Below, piece after piece: positions 9,414 through 19,790 of a stretch of 64,000 bases of DNA. Below the pieces are notes generated by a model. That model worked only from the letters and a program-made list of their open reading frames with translations. It was not told the origin of the DNA and made no database searches. The position numbers were made by a program, and so were the translations under genes. The stretch comes from Candidatus Latescibacterota bacterium. GTDB taxonomy: Bacteria; Latescibacterota; UBA2968; GCA-2709665. How positions within the stretch are numbered: the stretch's first letter is position 1; each line of letters starts with the position of its first letter. Location: the NCBI GenBank assembly GCA_965219995.1, contig CBDCOX010000002.1:3616001-3680000 (forward strand), given 5' to 3'.

Positions 9414-10040
9414 ATGCGCATCATCGCCATCGGCTGTGAATACACCGGAAAGACAACCCTTTTCGACGCCCTCATGCAATGGGGGCGCGACCGGGGCATC
9501 GTCCATCACCTGGACGATCACTTCAGCATTCCGGACTGCCAGATGCTCAAGACCGAAGGCGACCAGCGGATCATGCTGGGTCTGCCCGAAGCCATCAAGG
9601 AACGCTACCAGCGCTTCCAGCTTGCCTACCACGTCCGGCTGATCAACAAGTACGAACATATTCTGCTGGGCGGGTTTCACATCGAGGAGTACATCTACGG
9701 TCCCAGGTACTATTACCCCGCTGTCGGCAGACTCTCGGAAACGCCGAGGGCCTGGGAAGCCGAAATGCCGAAGGACACGATTCTGGTCCATCTCAAAGCC
9801 CGGGCCGACGTCGTCAAAAAACGCATGGAGGAAGACCGCCATACCTATCACATCGTCCCGAAGGAGGACGTCGAGCAGATCCTGGACGAATTCCAGGCGG
9901 AGTACGCCGCCTGCTGGATCATGCGCAAATTCGAAATCGACACGTCCGACCTCACGCCGGAAGGTCTTCTCCAGGCATTCCTGGACGGGTCCGTCCCCTT
10001 TCTCAACGAGCGGGATACGCTCACGCGGATGAACACGTAA
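9414..10040 (+). CDS. P-loop NTPase, nucleotide-kinase-like hypothetical protein
   Basis: N-terminal Walker A-like GCEYTGKTT; LVHLKA..VVKKRM lid-like segment; EIDTS; GAGGAG RBS. Confidence 0.65.
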   Translation: MRIIAIGCEYTGKTTLFDALMQWGRDRGIVHHLDDHFSIPDCQMLKTEGDQRIMLGLPEAIKERYQRFQLAYHVRLINKYEHILLGGFHIEEYIYGPRYYYPAVGRLSETPRAWEAEMPKDTILVHLKARADVVKKRMEEDRHTYHIVPKEDVEQILDEFQAEYAACWIMRKFEIDTSDLTPEGLLQAFLDGSVPFLNERDTLTRMNT

Positions 10041-10092
10041 ACCGGAAGCGGTATCATCAAGGAAAAGGCCACTTCATAACGAAGAGGATTCA

Positions 10093-10935
10093 ATGTTACC
10101 CGATCTGCAGAACCGCGAGGACGGCCGCGGCATCGACATCGATCAGGTGGGCGTCTCAAACGTGCGCTTTCCCCTGACGCTACCCCTTCGCGCCGGGGGA
10201 GAATTCAATACAGTTGCGAATCTGTCAATGACGGTGAGTCTTCCGCATTATCTTAAGGGCACCCATATGTCGAGATTCATGATTGCCCTTAACGAGCGCA
10301 ACCATCAGTTCAGACCCGACACGGTTCACGTGGTGCTGGAGGCGCTTCTTGGGCTGCTTGATGCAGAAGAAGCCTTCATCGAGATGGAGTTTCCTATCTT
10401 CTTGACGCGGCGGGCTCCGGTGACCGGTAAACCGGGCATGATGGACTACAATTGTATTTTCCGCGGCATGATGTCAAGAACCGGCACCTTCGACAAAATC
10501 GTCGGGGTTAAGGTGAACGTGACGACACTCTGCCCATGCAGCAAGGAAATCAGCGACTACGGCGCCCACAACCAGCGCGCCGAAATCGCAATCGATGTTC
10601 GTCCCGCTCGCGACGAGTTTATCTGGTTCGAAGACCTGATCGATATCGCCGAGAAGAACGCTTCGTGCAGACTCTATCCCGTCCTCAAGCGGCCGGACGA
10701 AAAGGCGGTGACCGAAAGGGCGTATGACAATCCGCGATTTGTCGAAGATATGGTCAGGGAAATCGGGATGGACCTGTTTGAGCTTCTCGATGCGGACAGG
10801 CTCCTCTGGTTCGACATTGCCAGCCGAAATGACGAGAGCATACACAACCACGACGCCTTCGCCAGGATTGAACGCGGGGTACGCGGTCCCCTTCTGAATC
10901 CAGGAGAAGAAGCTGAGGTCGCGACCACTTCGTAA
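10093..10935 (+). CDS. folE2: GTP cyclohydrolase IB
   Basis: PDLQ, IDQVGV, KGTHMSRF, TLCPCSKEIS.YGAHNQR, LKRPDEK.VTERAYDNPRFVED, ESIHNHDA. Confidence 0.96.
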   Translation: MLPDLQNREDGRGIDIDQVGVSNVRFPLTLPLRAGGEFNTVANLSMTVSLPHYLKGTHMSRFMIALNERNHQFRPDTVHVVLEALLGLLDAEEAFIEMEFPIFLTRRAPVTGKPGMMDYNCIFRGMMSRTGTFDKIVGVKVNVTTLCPCSKEISDYGAHNQRAEIAIDVRPARDEFIWFEDLIDIAEKNASCRLYPVLKRPDEKAVTERAYDNPRFVEDMVREIGMDLFELLDADRLLWFDIASRNDESIHNHDAFARIERGVRGPLLNPGEEAEVATTS

Positions 10936-11268
10936 CAGGAGAAAGGCTGAGCGAGTGTCACGAAGTGTATCTGCGTGGATCTGGCGATCGACTGGAGCCG
11001 GAACGCCGCGTGACACGAATCTACTGGCGCTGCAATTGAGACTTCCCGCATTCCTTGACACTGCATGGGGGTTTGCGTAATTTTGACGATTGCGCGATCT
11101 GTATTGTTTGCGCTGGTCGGTTGGGCTCCGAGTGTCCAATCCTGAAGTACGAGATTTGCATGCCTTTGGGCATCGCCTGGTCGTTCGCCATTGGCTTTAA
11201 TTGCTATTGATGTTGGTGCTAAAAAAGGCGCATGTCGTATATTCCTCGCAACCGGAGGAGGCCGAAAG

Positions 11269-11493
11269 ATGAACAATCGCATTGTCATTGACCCCGCCAT
11301 TCGTCATGGCAAACCGGTGATCAAGGGAACGAGAGTACCTGTACATCGGGTAATCGGGAGTCTCGCGGGCGGGTCTGATCCCGGCGAGGTCTGTGAGGAA
11401 TATGCTATTTCAGACGAAGACCTGAGAGCAGCGCTTGCCTATGCCGAGGAGTTGATCGAGCACGAAGAGACACATTCTCTACCACGGTCCTGA
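11269..11493 (+). CDS. DUF433 antitoxin-like protein
   Basis: RIVIDPAIRHGKPVIKGTRVPV...EDLRAALAYA; GGAGGAGG RBS before ATG 11269. Confidence 0.9.
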   Translation: MNNRIVIDPAIRHGKPVIKGTRVPVHRVIGSLAGGSDPGEVCEEYAISDEDLRAALAYAEELIEHEETHSLPRS

Positions 11494-11498
11494 TCGAC

Positions 11499-11861
11499 GT
11501 GCGATTTGTTGTTGATGCGGATCTTCCGCGATCTCTTTCTCAAGTGATTGCCGAGTACGGTCACGAAGCAGTGGATGTGCGTGATATTGGCATGATGAGC
11601 GCGAGCGATGACGAGATCGTCCAATACGCACGCAATGAGAGACTTTGCTTGTTGAGTGCCGATCTTGGGTTTGCCGACGTTCGCCGCTATCTTCCGTCGA
11701 AGTATCACGGCATCGTGGTCATGCGATTGCCTCGGCACGCGACGTCGTCATTCATTGAGCGCCTTTTATCTTCTTTCCTTGGTCAATTGGATACCTTCCC
11801 TGAACTTCGTGGGAAGTTAGCGATTGTAGATTCGGGGCGAGTACGGATTCGCGCCAGATAA
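11499..11861 (+). CDS. DUF5615 PIN-like toxin (VapC45-like)
   Basis: MRFVVDADLP, GHEAVDVRD, SDDEI, LSADLGF, HGIVVMR; directly follows the DUF433 gene. Confidence 0.88.
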   Translation: MRFVVDADLPRSLSQVIAEYGHEAVDVRDIGMMSASDDEIVQYARNERLCLLSADLGFADVRRYLPSKYHGIVVMRLPRHATSSFIERLLSSFLGQLDTFPELRGKLAIVDSGRVRIRAR

Positions 11862-11959
11862 GTCCATTCAAGCGATGTTCCTCGCCTACCTCAATTGCAA
11901 ACCCATGTTAAGCTGCTTACCCACATTGGATCTGGGAAACTTGATATTGGTGCGAAAAA

Positions 11960-12199
11960 ATGGCGAAAACATCTATATCGAAAGAAATCCTTGAGGAAGT
12001 TCACAAGTTGGATGCGCCAAAACAGGAACGCGTGCTGGAATTCGCACGTTCGTTGGCGAATGAGCAACCGCCAGGTCTACCGGGGAAACACCTGCTAAGG
12101 TTTGCTGGAATAATCGACCGGGATGACCTGAGGGAAATAGCCCGCGCAATTGAAAATGGTTGCGAACGTGTGGGTTATAGTGAACGACATATGAGATAG
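11960..12199 (+). CDS. Small hypothetical protein resembling antitoxins that precede VapC toxins
   Basis: QERVLEFARSL..PGKHLLRFAGII..DLREIARAIE.GCERV; no toxin gene follows. Confidence 0.55.
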   Translation: MAKTSISKEILEEVHKLDAPKQERVLEFARSLANEQPPGLPGKHLLRFAGIIDRDDLREIARAIENGCERVGYSERHMR

Positions 12200-12514
12200 A
12201 TCCCATAATTATCACAAGTTGGTAGAACTGAAATACTCGTTTGTAGCATATAAGGTGGATTATTCACGAAATCCCATGGTTTAGATGTATAACGGGTTGT
12301 TTTTCAATAAATTCAGCGAAGTTTTATGCGACAGTATTTCATGAACTACGAAATTGATTGGTCAGGGTGATGTTTCGTTGCCCACGGAGGTAAGGATCCA
12401 TCGGTTTGGCCCGGAATCGTGAGCATTTGTCCTGCTCTTGGTCTTTATCCTGTTCATCCTGTCCATCCGTGTAAGTTCATGTTTAGTGAGTTATCCAGGA
12501 AAAAGGAACCGCCT

Positions 12515-13810
12515 GTGGATCTGAGACGCCAGCCCCCACGCCGCCCGTCAAACGCCTCCATTGCCGGAATCGTCAACCTCGCGCGAATGGCAGATAAGGC
12601 ACGCGCGTACAACCGGCGGACGTTGGGTGAATTCCTGTACGGCGACGATTCGGGCCTGGACAAGATCCTGCTGGATTTTCTGGGCGTCTCGCACGACGGC
12701 TTTGCCGATGCCGCGGGAAGATATGGCGATTCGGATCTGGGTCAATGGATACGGGAAGCTTCGGATCGTACGGACGATGAAATCGATGCATTCAATCGGC
12801 ATCACCTCCAGCGCGAACCCGACGACGATGCCGGCAGACAGCGCCTCAGAGACCGGATCGAACAGTTCGCACCCGGACGTACGGATATCGTGACCGTATT
12901 CCAGTCCATCGAGCTGGACGACTGGGCGAACTTCCGGGAGATCGATCTGGGGCAAAGGGCGCCGAGGTCACCCTACGTGCGGGACGTCGCGGGCGTGTTC
13001 GGCCTGGCCCGGATGACGGACAAGGCCCGCGCGGACAAGGGCGGTCGGCTGGGCGAGTATATCTACAACTGCCCCATCGACCAGGCGATTACGGACTTTC
13101 TCGGATTTTCGGCGGAGGACTTCAAGGAAGCCGCGTACCTCAATCCGAATGACCTGGAACTCGGGGACTGGGTCCGGGAGCACACCGGCGCACACTCCGG
13201 TGAGATTTCCGAATTCAACCATCGCATTTCCGGAAAGGGCCCGGAGAACGACAAAGAATGCGCGATCTTCAAGAAGGCGCTCGCGAACGCCGCGCCGGAA
13301 CGGACCGACATCACCACGTGGTTCGACCTGCTCGACGTGGATGACGAAGTGTCTTTCGGCGTTGTGGATCTGACGCGCCACCCCCCGAGAAGCCCGTACG
13401 ACGTTTCCGCGGGCGGGCTCTTCGGCCTGGCCCGGATGATCGACAAGGGCAGGGCGGCCATCCACGGGTTGCTGGGGGAGTACAAGTACGCGGAAGAGTC
13501 CGGCCTGGACAAGAAGATCGCGGAGTTTTGCGGGTTCTCCGTCAGCGACTTTACCGATCTCATCAGGGCGGGCCGTACCGACGAAGAGATATGCGCCTGG
13601 CTTGACGAACACTACCGCAAATCCGGCTCTGAAATCAGCGAATTCAACCGCGATATCGGTACGATCGAACCCTGGAACGAAAAGCGGCTGGACTGGTTCC
13701 GGGGAAGAGTCACGGATCTGGATCCGTCCAGAACGGATGTCACGACCTATTTGGCCCTCATCGTACTGGACGATACCGTCAACTTCGCCCGCCTCAAGAC
13801 GGGGGTCTGA
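12515..13810 (+). CDS. Protein with three tandem DUF5069-like domains
   Basis: Three repeats of DL...(P/A)PR(R/S)P....G...LARM.DK.RA...LGE(F/Y).Y; GTG start after AAGGAA. Confidence 0.8.
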   Translation: MDLRRQPPRRPSNASIAGIVNLARMADKARAYNRRTLGEFLYGDDSGLDKILLDFLGVSHDGFADAAGRYGDSDLGQWIREASDRTDDEIDAFNRHHLQREPDDDAGRQRLRDRIEQFAPGRTDIVTVFQSIELDDWANFREIDLGQRAPRSPYVRDVAGVFGLARMTDKARADKGGRLGEYIYNCPIDQAITDFLGFSAEDFKEAAYLNPNDLELGDWVREHTGAHSGEISEFNHRISGKGPENDKECAIFKKALANAAPERTDITTWFDLLDVDDEVSFGVVDLTRHPPRSPYDVSAGGLFGLARMIDKGRAAIHGLLGEYKYAEESGLDKKIAEFCGFSVSDFTDLIRAGRTDEEICAWLDEHYRKSGSEISEFNRDIGTIEPWNEKRLDWFRGRVTDLDPSRTDVTTYLALIVLDDTVNFARLKTGV

Positions 13811-13870
13811 ATCCGGACCATCCATGGACGTTCCGTTTTCTGAATGAAAAACGCGAGAAGGAGAATCAGT

Positions 13871-14623
13871 ATGCCCAACCAGGAAGTCGCGGTGGCCAAA
13901 TTCACCCGCAGAGAATTCCGGGAAGCCCTGGACGCCGGAAAGTTCGGAACCGCCATCATTCCAACGGGGAGCAATGAACAGCACCTCGAGCACCTGGCCA
14001 TGGAATACGACATCCGCGCGGCGACCTACGTGGCCACCGAAGCCGCCAGAAGGCTCTACCCCAGTGTTGTCGTGAACGTCCCTATGGCGGTCGGCATCTC
14101 CGAACATCACATGATCCATAAGGGAACCGTCACCGCCAAACCCGGCAGTTGGCTGGCAGTACTCTTCGACGCTGTCGAGAGCCTGGTTCGCCACGGTGTC
14201 AATAACGTGCTGATTCTCAATGGACACGGGGGCAACGAAGCTCCCATGATGGGCATCCTCCGGCAGTGGCAGCTGTTCTTTCAGCTCACCGCCCCGGAAG
14301 CCAATGTGCAGTTTCATTCCTACTGGAACCTGAGTCGTGAAATTGCCGAGCGGCACTGTACGAGCCGGGTGCCCGGCCACGCGGGCGAATACGAAACCGC
14401 CATGGCCATGGTCATCTGCCCGGAGAACATCCGGCACGATGCCATGCAGGACCAGGAAAACAAGGAGCCGATGAAAGCCACGGAAGAACTGGGAAGGGTT
14501 CTGGTGGATGCCGCGGTTCAGAAAACCGTCGAACACCTGAAGGGAATGATCGACGCCACGAACCGCGAGATACAACCTCACGTCTATTCCAGGGAAATGC
14601 ACGCCGAACAGGCGAAGAAATAG
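13871..14623 (+). CDS. Creatininase / creatinine amidohydrolase family
   Basis: IPTGSNEQH, GISEHH, LNGHGGN, HAGEYET. Confidence 0.92.
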   Translation: MPNQEVAVAKFTRREFREALDAGKFGTAIIPTGSNEQHLEHLAMEYDIRAATYVATEAARRLYPSVVVNVPMAVGISEHHMIHKGTVTAKPGSWLAVLFDAVESLVRHGVNNVLILNGHGGNEAPMMGILRQWQLFFQLTAPEANVQFHSYWNLSREIAERHCTSRVPGHAGEYETAMAMVICPENIRHDAMQDQENKEPMKATEELGRVLVDAAVQKTVEHLKGMIDATNREIQPHVYSREMHAEQAKK

Positions 14624-14658
14624 CCTTCGGACGATTGAAATACCTGAAAGGACGAGTC

Positions 14659-15900
14659 ATGACCGTCGAACGGGCCAGATACGGCGCCGATGCCGCCGCG
14701 GGGTTGGCCGGCACGCTGCCCCAGCCCTTTCCGCGCACCATTGGACCCAACGCAATGACCTACCTCCAGGAGGTGGTCGACTCGGGTCTGACGTGCAACA
14801 TGATCGGGCGATTCGAGGACGCATTCGCCGAAGAGATGGGCGTGAAGCACTGCATCGCCACGCCGGGTTGCACGCCGGCACTCGCCGTTCTGGCCTGCGC
14901 ATTGTCGTTTGATCCGGGGGACGAGATCATTGTCAGTTCGGTCACGGACTACGGTACCGTGCAGGGGCTGATCAGAGAGAATTATATCCCGGTCTTCGCG
15001 GACACCGATACCGGGACGCTGGTCAGCAGCGCGGAAACGATAGAACCCTGTATCACGGATCGCACGCGCGCGATTCTGGTTGTGCACATGACCGGAACGA
15101 TCTGCGATATGGACCCCATTGTCGAACTCGCCGGCAAACACGGTCTCGTCGTCTATGAAGACGTCTGCCAGGCCGTCTTCGGAGAATACAAGGGACGGTT
15201 GGCGGGGGCCCTGTCCGATGCGGGCGCCTTTTCCTTCGACTCTGAAAAAACCATGGGCTCGGACGTTGGCGGTTGCATCGTAACCAACGACGACGACCTG
15301 GCCGAACGGATGCGATTCATCGGGCACAGCCGCGGCGGCCAGATGCTCGAGGGGTTTGGGCGGCAGCACGTGGTGCCCGGGTTTGCCCACCGCATGCCCC
15401 AGTGCACCGCCGCCATCTCCCTGGCGCAGCTCGAGATCATTCGTCCCAACGTGGAGCAGCGCGACCGGATGGTCCGCCTGCTCACGGAAAGACTGGAGGA
15501 AATCCCGGGCATTACCCCGCTACCGATCCCGGATTACATGGACGTCTACTCATGCTGGATGACCGGCTTCAGCGTCGACCCCGACGCGTTCACCTGTACC
15601 CCGGATGAATTCGCGCAACAGGTCGCGGACGGGGGAATTCCCGGTACGGGGACGGGACGCTATTACCTGATGCCCCCGGCTTTGCCATTCCTTGCCGAGA
15701 AAGCGGAACAGAAGCTGTATCCCTATTCCATGCCCCCCGCTTCCAGGTCCTATTCGTACCGCGGGGATACATGCCCGAATGCAAGGCGCTTTCTGGAGTC
15801 CTTCGTCCGCTGGACTTCGTTCTGCGAACGATATGAGCCCGAACACTGCGAGCTCGCCGCGCAGATCATCAGCGAAGTGGCCGATCGGAATCGCGCATAG
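14659..15900 (+). CDS. DegT/DnrJ/EryC1/StrS family PLP aminotransferase
   Basis: FEDAFA..GVKHCIA, PGDEII, IPVFAD, VHMTG, EDVCQA, FSFDSEK (PLP lysine), GGCIVTNDD. Confidence 0.92.
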   Translation: MTVERARYGADAAAGLAGTLPQPFPRTIGPNAMTYLQEVVDSGLTCNMIGRFEDAFAEEMGVKHCIATPGCTPALAVLACALSFDPGDEIIVSSVTDYGTVQGLIRENYIPVFADTDTGTLVSSAETIEPCITDRTRAILVVHMTGTICDMDPIVELAGKHGLVVYEDVCQAVFGEYKGRLAGALSDAGAFSFDSEKTMGSDVGGCIVTNDDDLAERMRFIGHSRGGQMLEGFGRQHVVPGFAHRMPQCTAAISLAQLEIIRPNVEQRDRMVRLLTERLEEIPGITPLPIPDYMDVYSCWMTGFSVDPDAFTCTPDEFAQQVADGGIPGTGTGRYYLMPPALPFLAEKAEQKLYPYSMPPASRSYSYRGDTCPNARRFLESFVRWTSFCERYEPEHCELAAQIISEVADRNRA

Positions 15901-15930
15901 GCGCCGGGCGGCGGAGACGAGGAGGTCCGG

Positions 15931-16986
15931 ATGTCGGAAACACGCTATCGGGAAATCGAAGTCGCCGGTTCGCCGGTAGAGATGGGGCGACAGATCGGCG
16001 AGGCGGCCCGCAACGAAATTCGCGGCTTTGTGGATATCGCGCTCGAACGGGTTAACAAGAGCGTTACGGTATCGGTGGACAAAGCCATGTCCGTTGCCCG
16101 CGACTGCATCCCCTATGTGGAGCAATATGCGCCCCACCATCTGGAGGAGATGCGCGGCATGTCCGAATCCTCCGGCGTCTCGCTCGACGACCTCATGATG
16201 CTTCAGATCCGCAATCAGCTTCAGGCCGACGCGGACTCCGGCTGCACGTCCTTTTCGGTCGCCACGCCCGCCGGAAGGGGAAACATTGTGGGCCAGAACT
16301 GGGACAACGACCCGGCGCTGAACCCCTTTACCGTCGTCCTCACCCGCCGTCCGGAAGGCATGCCCGCTCTCCTGAATATCACCCAGGCCGGCATTATCGC
16401 TTACATCGGCCTGAACAGCGAAGGCATCGGCCTTTGCCTGAATACCCTGCCCGCGCCCTCCCGACTCCTGGGCGTGCCGCACTACTTCACCGTTCGCGGC
16501 ATTTACGAAACCCTGACCATGGAAGACGCCGTTCAGGCCGTGCGCCGGGCAAAGCGCGCCATCCCCGCCAACATCATCCTCGCGACGCCGCAGGGGCCGG
16601 CGGACCTGGAGGTTACCCTTGACAACGTGCACGTAATCCGGGACGACGGGGTGGGCCTGGTGACCCATACCAACCACTGCGAGCATCCGGAACTGGTGCA
16701 TAACAACGACGTCTTCCCTGAACTCATCCAGTCGGGCGGGCGCAAGATCCGAATCCAGAAGCTCTTCAGCGACATGGAACGTCCCTTTGCGATAAAGAGC
16801 CTGAAAGCCGCACTGAGCGATCATGATGACCACCCCACCTCCATCTGCCGCCATCCCAACGATCATCCCACGACCGGGTATTGGGCGACCGCGTTCTCCG
16901 TGATCATCGAAACCGATACCGGCCGCATGCACGTGAGCAAGAACAACCCCTGCCAGAACCCGTATGAGACCTATGCGCTGAACTGA
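15931..16986 (+). CDS. C45 family peptidase / acyl-CoA:6-APA acyltransferase-like Ntn hydrolase
   Basis: GSPVEMGRQIG, autocleavage site G/CTSF, GQNWD, GLNSEGI, HTNH, SICRH. Confidence 0.9.
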   Translation: MSETRYREIEVAGSPVEMGRQIGEAARNEIRGFVDIALERVNKSVTVSVDKAMSVARDCIPYVEQYAPHHLEEMRGMSESSGVSLDDLMMLQIRNQLQADADSGCTSFSVATPAGRGNIVGQNWDNDPALNPFTVVLTRRPEGMPALLNITQAGIIAYIGLNSEGIGLCLNTLPAPSRLLGVPHYFTVRGIYETLTMEDAVQAVRRAKRAIPANIILATPQGPADLEVTLDNVHVIRDDGVGLVTHTNHCEHPELVHNNDVFPELIQSGGRKIRIQKLFSDMERPFAIKSLKAALSDHDDHPTSICRHPNDHPTTGYWATAFSVIIETDTGRMHVSKNNPCQNPYETYALN

Positions 16987-17036
16987 TCGGCACCGCGCCG
17001 GATCGTCTCGCGCCCGGTCTTCCGGGAACCCCGTCC

Positions 17037-18908
17037 ATGTCTCTCACACCCAGGCAGATCGAACACGCGCTTTCGCGAAAGCTCCTGCGCAACCGGCACA
17101 CCCGCATCATGATGGACTATTATGCGGAAAAGCTGCCGCGCCTGGAAACGCCCGAGTCCCCCGCGGAATGGAAGAAGCGTACCGTCAGGATTCGACGGGA
17201 CCTGCTGAAGAAAGTCTACCTGACCGGCCTGGATCCGGCCGTCAACGATCGTCCGCCGTCCGTCCGCTGGCGAGGCACCCTTAAGGGCAACGGCTATCGT
17301 ATCCGGAAACTCCACTACGAAGGATATCCGGGCATGCGGATCCCGGCGCTGCTCTACGAGCCCGAGAATCTCAAGGGCAAGGTCCCGGCCGTGCTCAACC
17401 CGAACGGACACCATCGGGGCGGCAAGGCCATGGACTACAAGCAGGCGCGGTGCATCAACCTGGCAAGACGCGGCATGCTCGCCCTGAACTTCGAATTCAT
17501 TGGCATGGGGGAACTTCAGGGCTCGCTCAACCACATGCACCAGGCCCATATGGACCTGTGCGGCGTTGCCGGCGTCAGCGCCATGTACCTGGCCATGAAA
17601 CGCGGACTGGACGTGCTGCTCACGCACGAACACGCCGACCCTGACCGGGTGGCCATGACCGGTCTGTCGGGCGGCGGGTGGCAGACGGCCGTTCTCACGG
17701 CGATCGATGAACGCATTGGCGTCTCCGTGCCCGTTTCCGGGCACTCCCCGATCTGGCACCGGGCTACGAAACGGTGGCAGGACCACGGCGACCTGGAACA
17801 GACGCCGGTCGATCTCTGCACCGTGGCGGACTACGACACCCTCACCGCGATGTTCGCGCCCCGTCCGGCGCTGCTTGTCCACAGTGTTAACGACGGGATT
17901 TTCCGCCCGGAATTCATGCGGCCGTCCCTGTATACGCCCGCACGATGGGTATACGAACGGCTCGGCGTATCCGATCGCATCGGGTTCTACGCGAACGAAG
18001 ATCCGGGCACTCACAACTACGAGAAGGACATCCGCGAGCAACTGTACAAGTTTCTGAAAAGCGCGTGGGATCTGGATATTTCGACTGAAGATATCCCCTG
18101 CGACGACGAAATCCGTTCCGAATGGGAGCTCAACGTCGGGCTGCCGCCGGGAAACCCCACGTACCTCTCGATTGCCGGCGAACTCGCCGGGCGCCTGCCC
18201 GAGAAGCGGTCGACTGCCGGCACCAAACCAGCGGATCGAAGGCGCCTCGCCAGGGTGCTGCGCCTGCCGTCCGCGTACACCGTCAAGCCGCGAGCCGTCC
18301 GCAAACCACGAACGCTCGCCGGCGTACGGATCTCGCACCACATCCTGGAGATGGGCCGCTGGAACGTCCCCGTCACGGAATTCGATCCGCCGGATTCGGA
18401 CGACGTCCTGCTCATCCTGCCCGAAAATGGCCGTGCCGGTGCAGCGAGGAGCGTGGACAACGCGCTTCAGGCCGGCAAACGCGTTTTCGTGGCAGACCTG
18501 CTCGCGTTCGGCGAACAGGTTATCGCTGAAGGCGCCTACCACTACCTCTTCATGGAGTGCATTGCCGCGGCCGGCGACCGTCCCCTGGGTATCTGCACGG
18601 CCCAGTTGCTCGCCCTCCGGCGCTGGATCGAGTCGACGTCCGGTGGGAGTTCCCTCAATATTACCGCGTATGGCCTCTCCACCGGCCTGATCGCTCTCGC
18701 TGCGGCTGCGCTGAGGCCCCGGGGCGTCGACGCACTCAGCGTCAACCTTCCCGACACCCTGCGCCGGCTCATCGACTGGAGCATCGACTACACGGACGAG
18801 CCCGTCCCGTTCTGTTTCGGCCTGCTCGAACAGTTCGATATTGAGGACCTGATCTTGCTTTCCGATCCGGTAGATATTCTTATCGACGGTCGCGGACCGA
18901 TGCGTTGA
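17037..18908 (+). CDS. Alpha/beta hydrolase (acetylxylan/glucuronoyl esterase-like), two-domain
   Basis: IPALLYEP, PAVLNPNGH, DPDRVAMTGLSGGGWQT nucleophile elbow, MFAPRP, GTHNY. Confidence 0.82.
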   Translation: MSLTPRQIEHALSRKLLRNRHTRIMMDYYAEKLPRLETPESPAEWKKRTVRIRRDLLKKVYLTGLDPAVNDRPPSVRWRGTLKGNGYRIRKLHYEGYPGMRIPALLYEPENLKGKVPAVLNPNGHHRGGKAMDYKQARCINLARRGMLALNFEFIGMGELQGSLNHMHQAHMDLCGVAGVSAMYLAMKRGLDVLLTHEHADPDRVAMTGLSGGGWQTAVLTAIDERIGVSVPVSGHSPIWHRATKRWQDHGDLEQTPVDLCTVADYDTLTAMFAPRPALLVHSVNDGIFRPEFMRPSLYTPARWVYERLGVSDRIGFYANEDPGTHNYEKDIREQLYKFLKSAWDLDISTEDIPCDDEIRSEWELNVGLPPGNPTYLSIAGELAGRLPEKRSTAGTKPADRRRLARVLRLPSAYTVKPRAVRKPRTLAGVRISHHILEMGRWNVPVTEFDPPDSDDVLLILPENGRAGAARSVDNALQAGKRVFVADLLAFGEQVIAEGAYHYLFMECIAAAGDRPLGICTAQLLALRRWIESTSGGSSLNITAYGLSTGLIALAAAALRPRGVDALSVNLPDTLRRLIDWSIDYTDEPVPFCFGLLEQFDIEDLILLSDPVDILIDGRGPMR

Positions 18909-18976
18909 CGCTGCAGCACCCGGCGCCTCCCGGCCCGGTTCGCACGTGCCGTCGTCGATCCAGAAAGGCAATTGCA

Positions 18977-19753
18977 ATGTCTGATTCCGCAACCATCCAA
19001 CTGGACGCGCGCTATTACCGCGCGCTGCCCATCGACAGTCCCGGGTACGAATCGGTCACGTTCGAACTTCCCGTCCGGCGAACGGCGCTCATCGGGATGC
19101 ACTGCTGGAATATCGGCTGCCCCGACGGTCCTCCCCTGAACATGGACTACTGCGTGGACCTGGGCTGGCCCGAGGCTACGGCCGAAGGGTACCGCATCAT
19201 GTGCGAGGTGATGCGTCCGGCCATGGATGCGGCGCGGTCGATCGGACTGCCCGTGGTACACGTGGAAGCCGACTGGATGGACGAGCAATACCCGCATATT
19301 CCGTCCAGACGGGACAAGACGAACGTCTGGAGACCCGCGGGCCGGCAGAAGGAGATGCTGGATCGCGCCCACGGTCCCGAGTACATGAAACACTCCCCGC
19401 TCGCCAAAATGCGTCGGGCGGAAATCGTCTCTCCCGTCGGCGACGAGCCCATGGTGTTCTATACCGACACCCTGGACGCAACCCTGAAAGCGAACGACAT
19501 CGATACCCTCATCTACACCGGATTCGCGGCCGATATGTGCGTTCTGGGCTCCGAGGGCGGCGGGCAGGCGATGCTCTCCCGCGGGTACCGCTGTATCCTG
19601 ATGCGCGACGGCACGGTGGGCGTGGAACGTCCGGATACCTTCGACGAACGCCTTGCCACGCGCTACGGCATCCACATCTTTGAATGGAAGATCGGGTACA
19701 GCACGACGTTCGAAGCGTTTATGGCAGCGGCAGGAACCGGCCAAAGAGCCTGA
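18977..19753 (+). CDS. Isochorismatase / cysteine hydrolase family
   Basis: RTALIGMHCWN, IDTLIYTGFAADMCVL, GYRCILMRDGT. Confidence 0.82.
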   Translation: MSDSATIQLDARYYRALPIDSPGYESVTFELPVRRTALIGMHCWNIGCPDGPPLNMDYCVDLGWPEATAEGYRIMCEVMRPAMDAARSIGLPVVHVEADWMDEQYPHIPSRRDKTNVWRPAGRQKEMLDRAHGPEYMKHSPLAKMRRAEIVSPVGDEPMVFYTDTLDATLKANDIDTLIYTGFAADMCVLGSEGGGQAMLSRGYRCILMRDGTVGVERPDTFDERLATRYGIHIFEWKIGYSTTFEAFMAAAGTGQRA

Positions 19754-19790
19754 AACTCAACAGACGAGGCGAAAAGGAAAGGGAAATTCG

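Noticed and set aside
16971-18992. Long antisense ORFs (673 aa here; also 23689-25692, 42668-44434, 57122-59122, 12968-14602)
   Set aside because: Shadow frames of real genes in GC-rich DNA, with no recognisable motifs.
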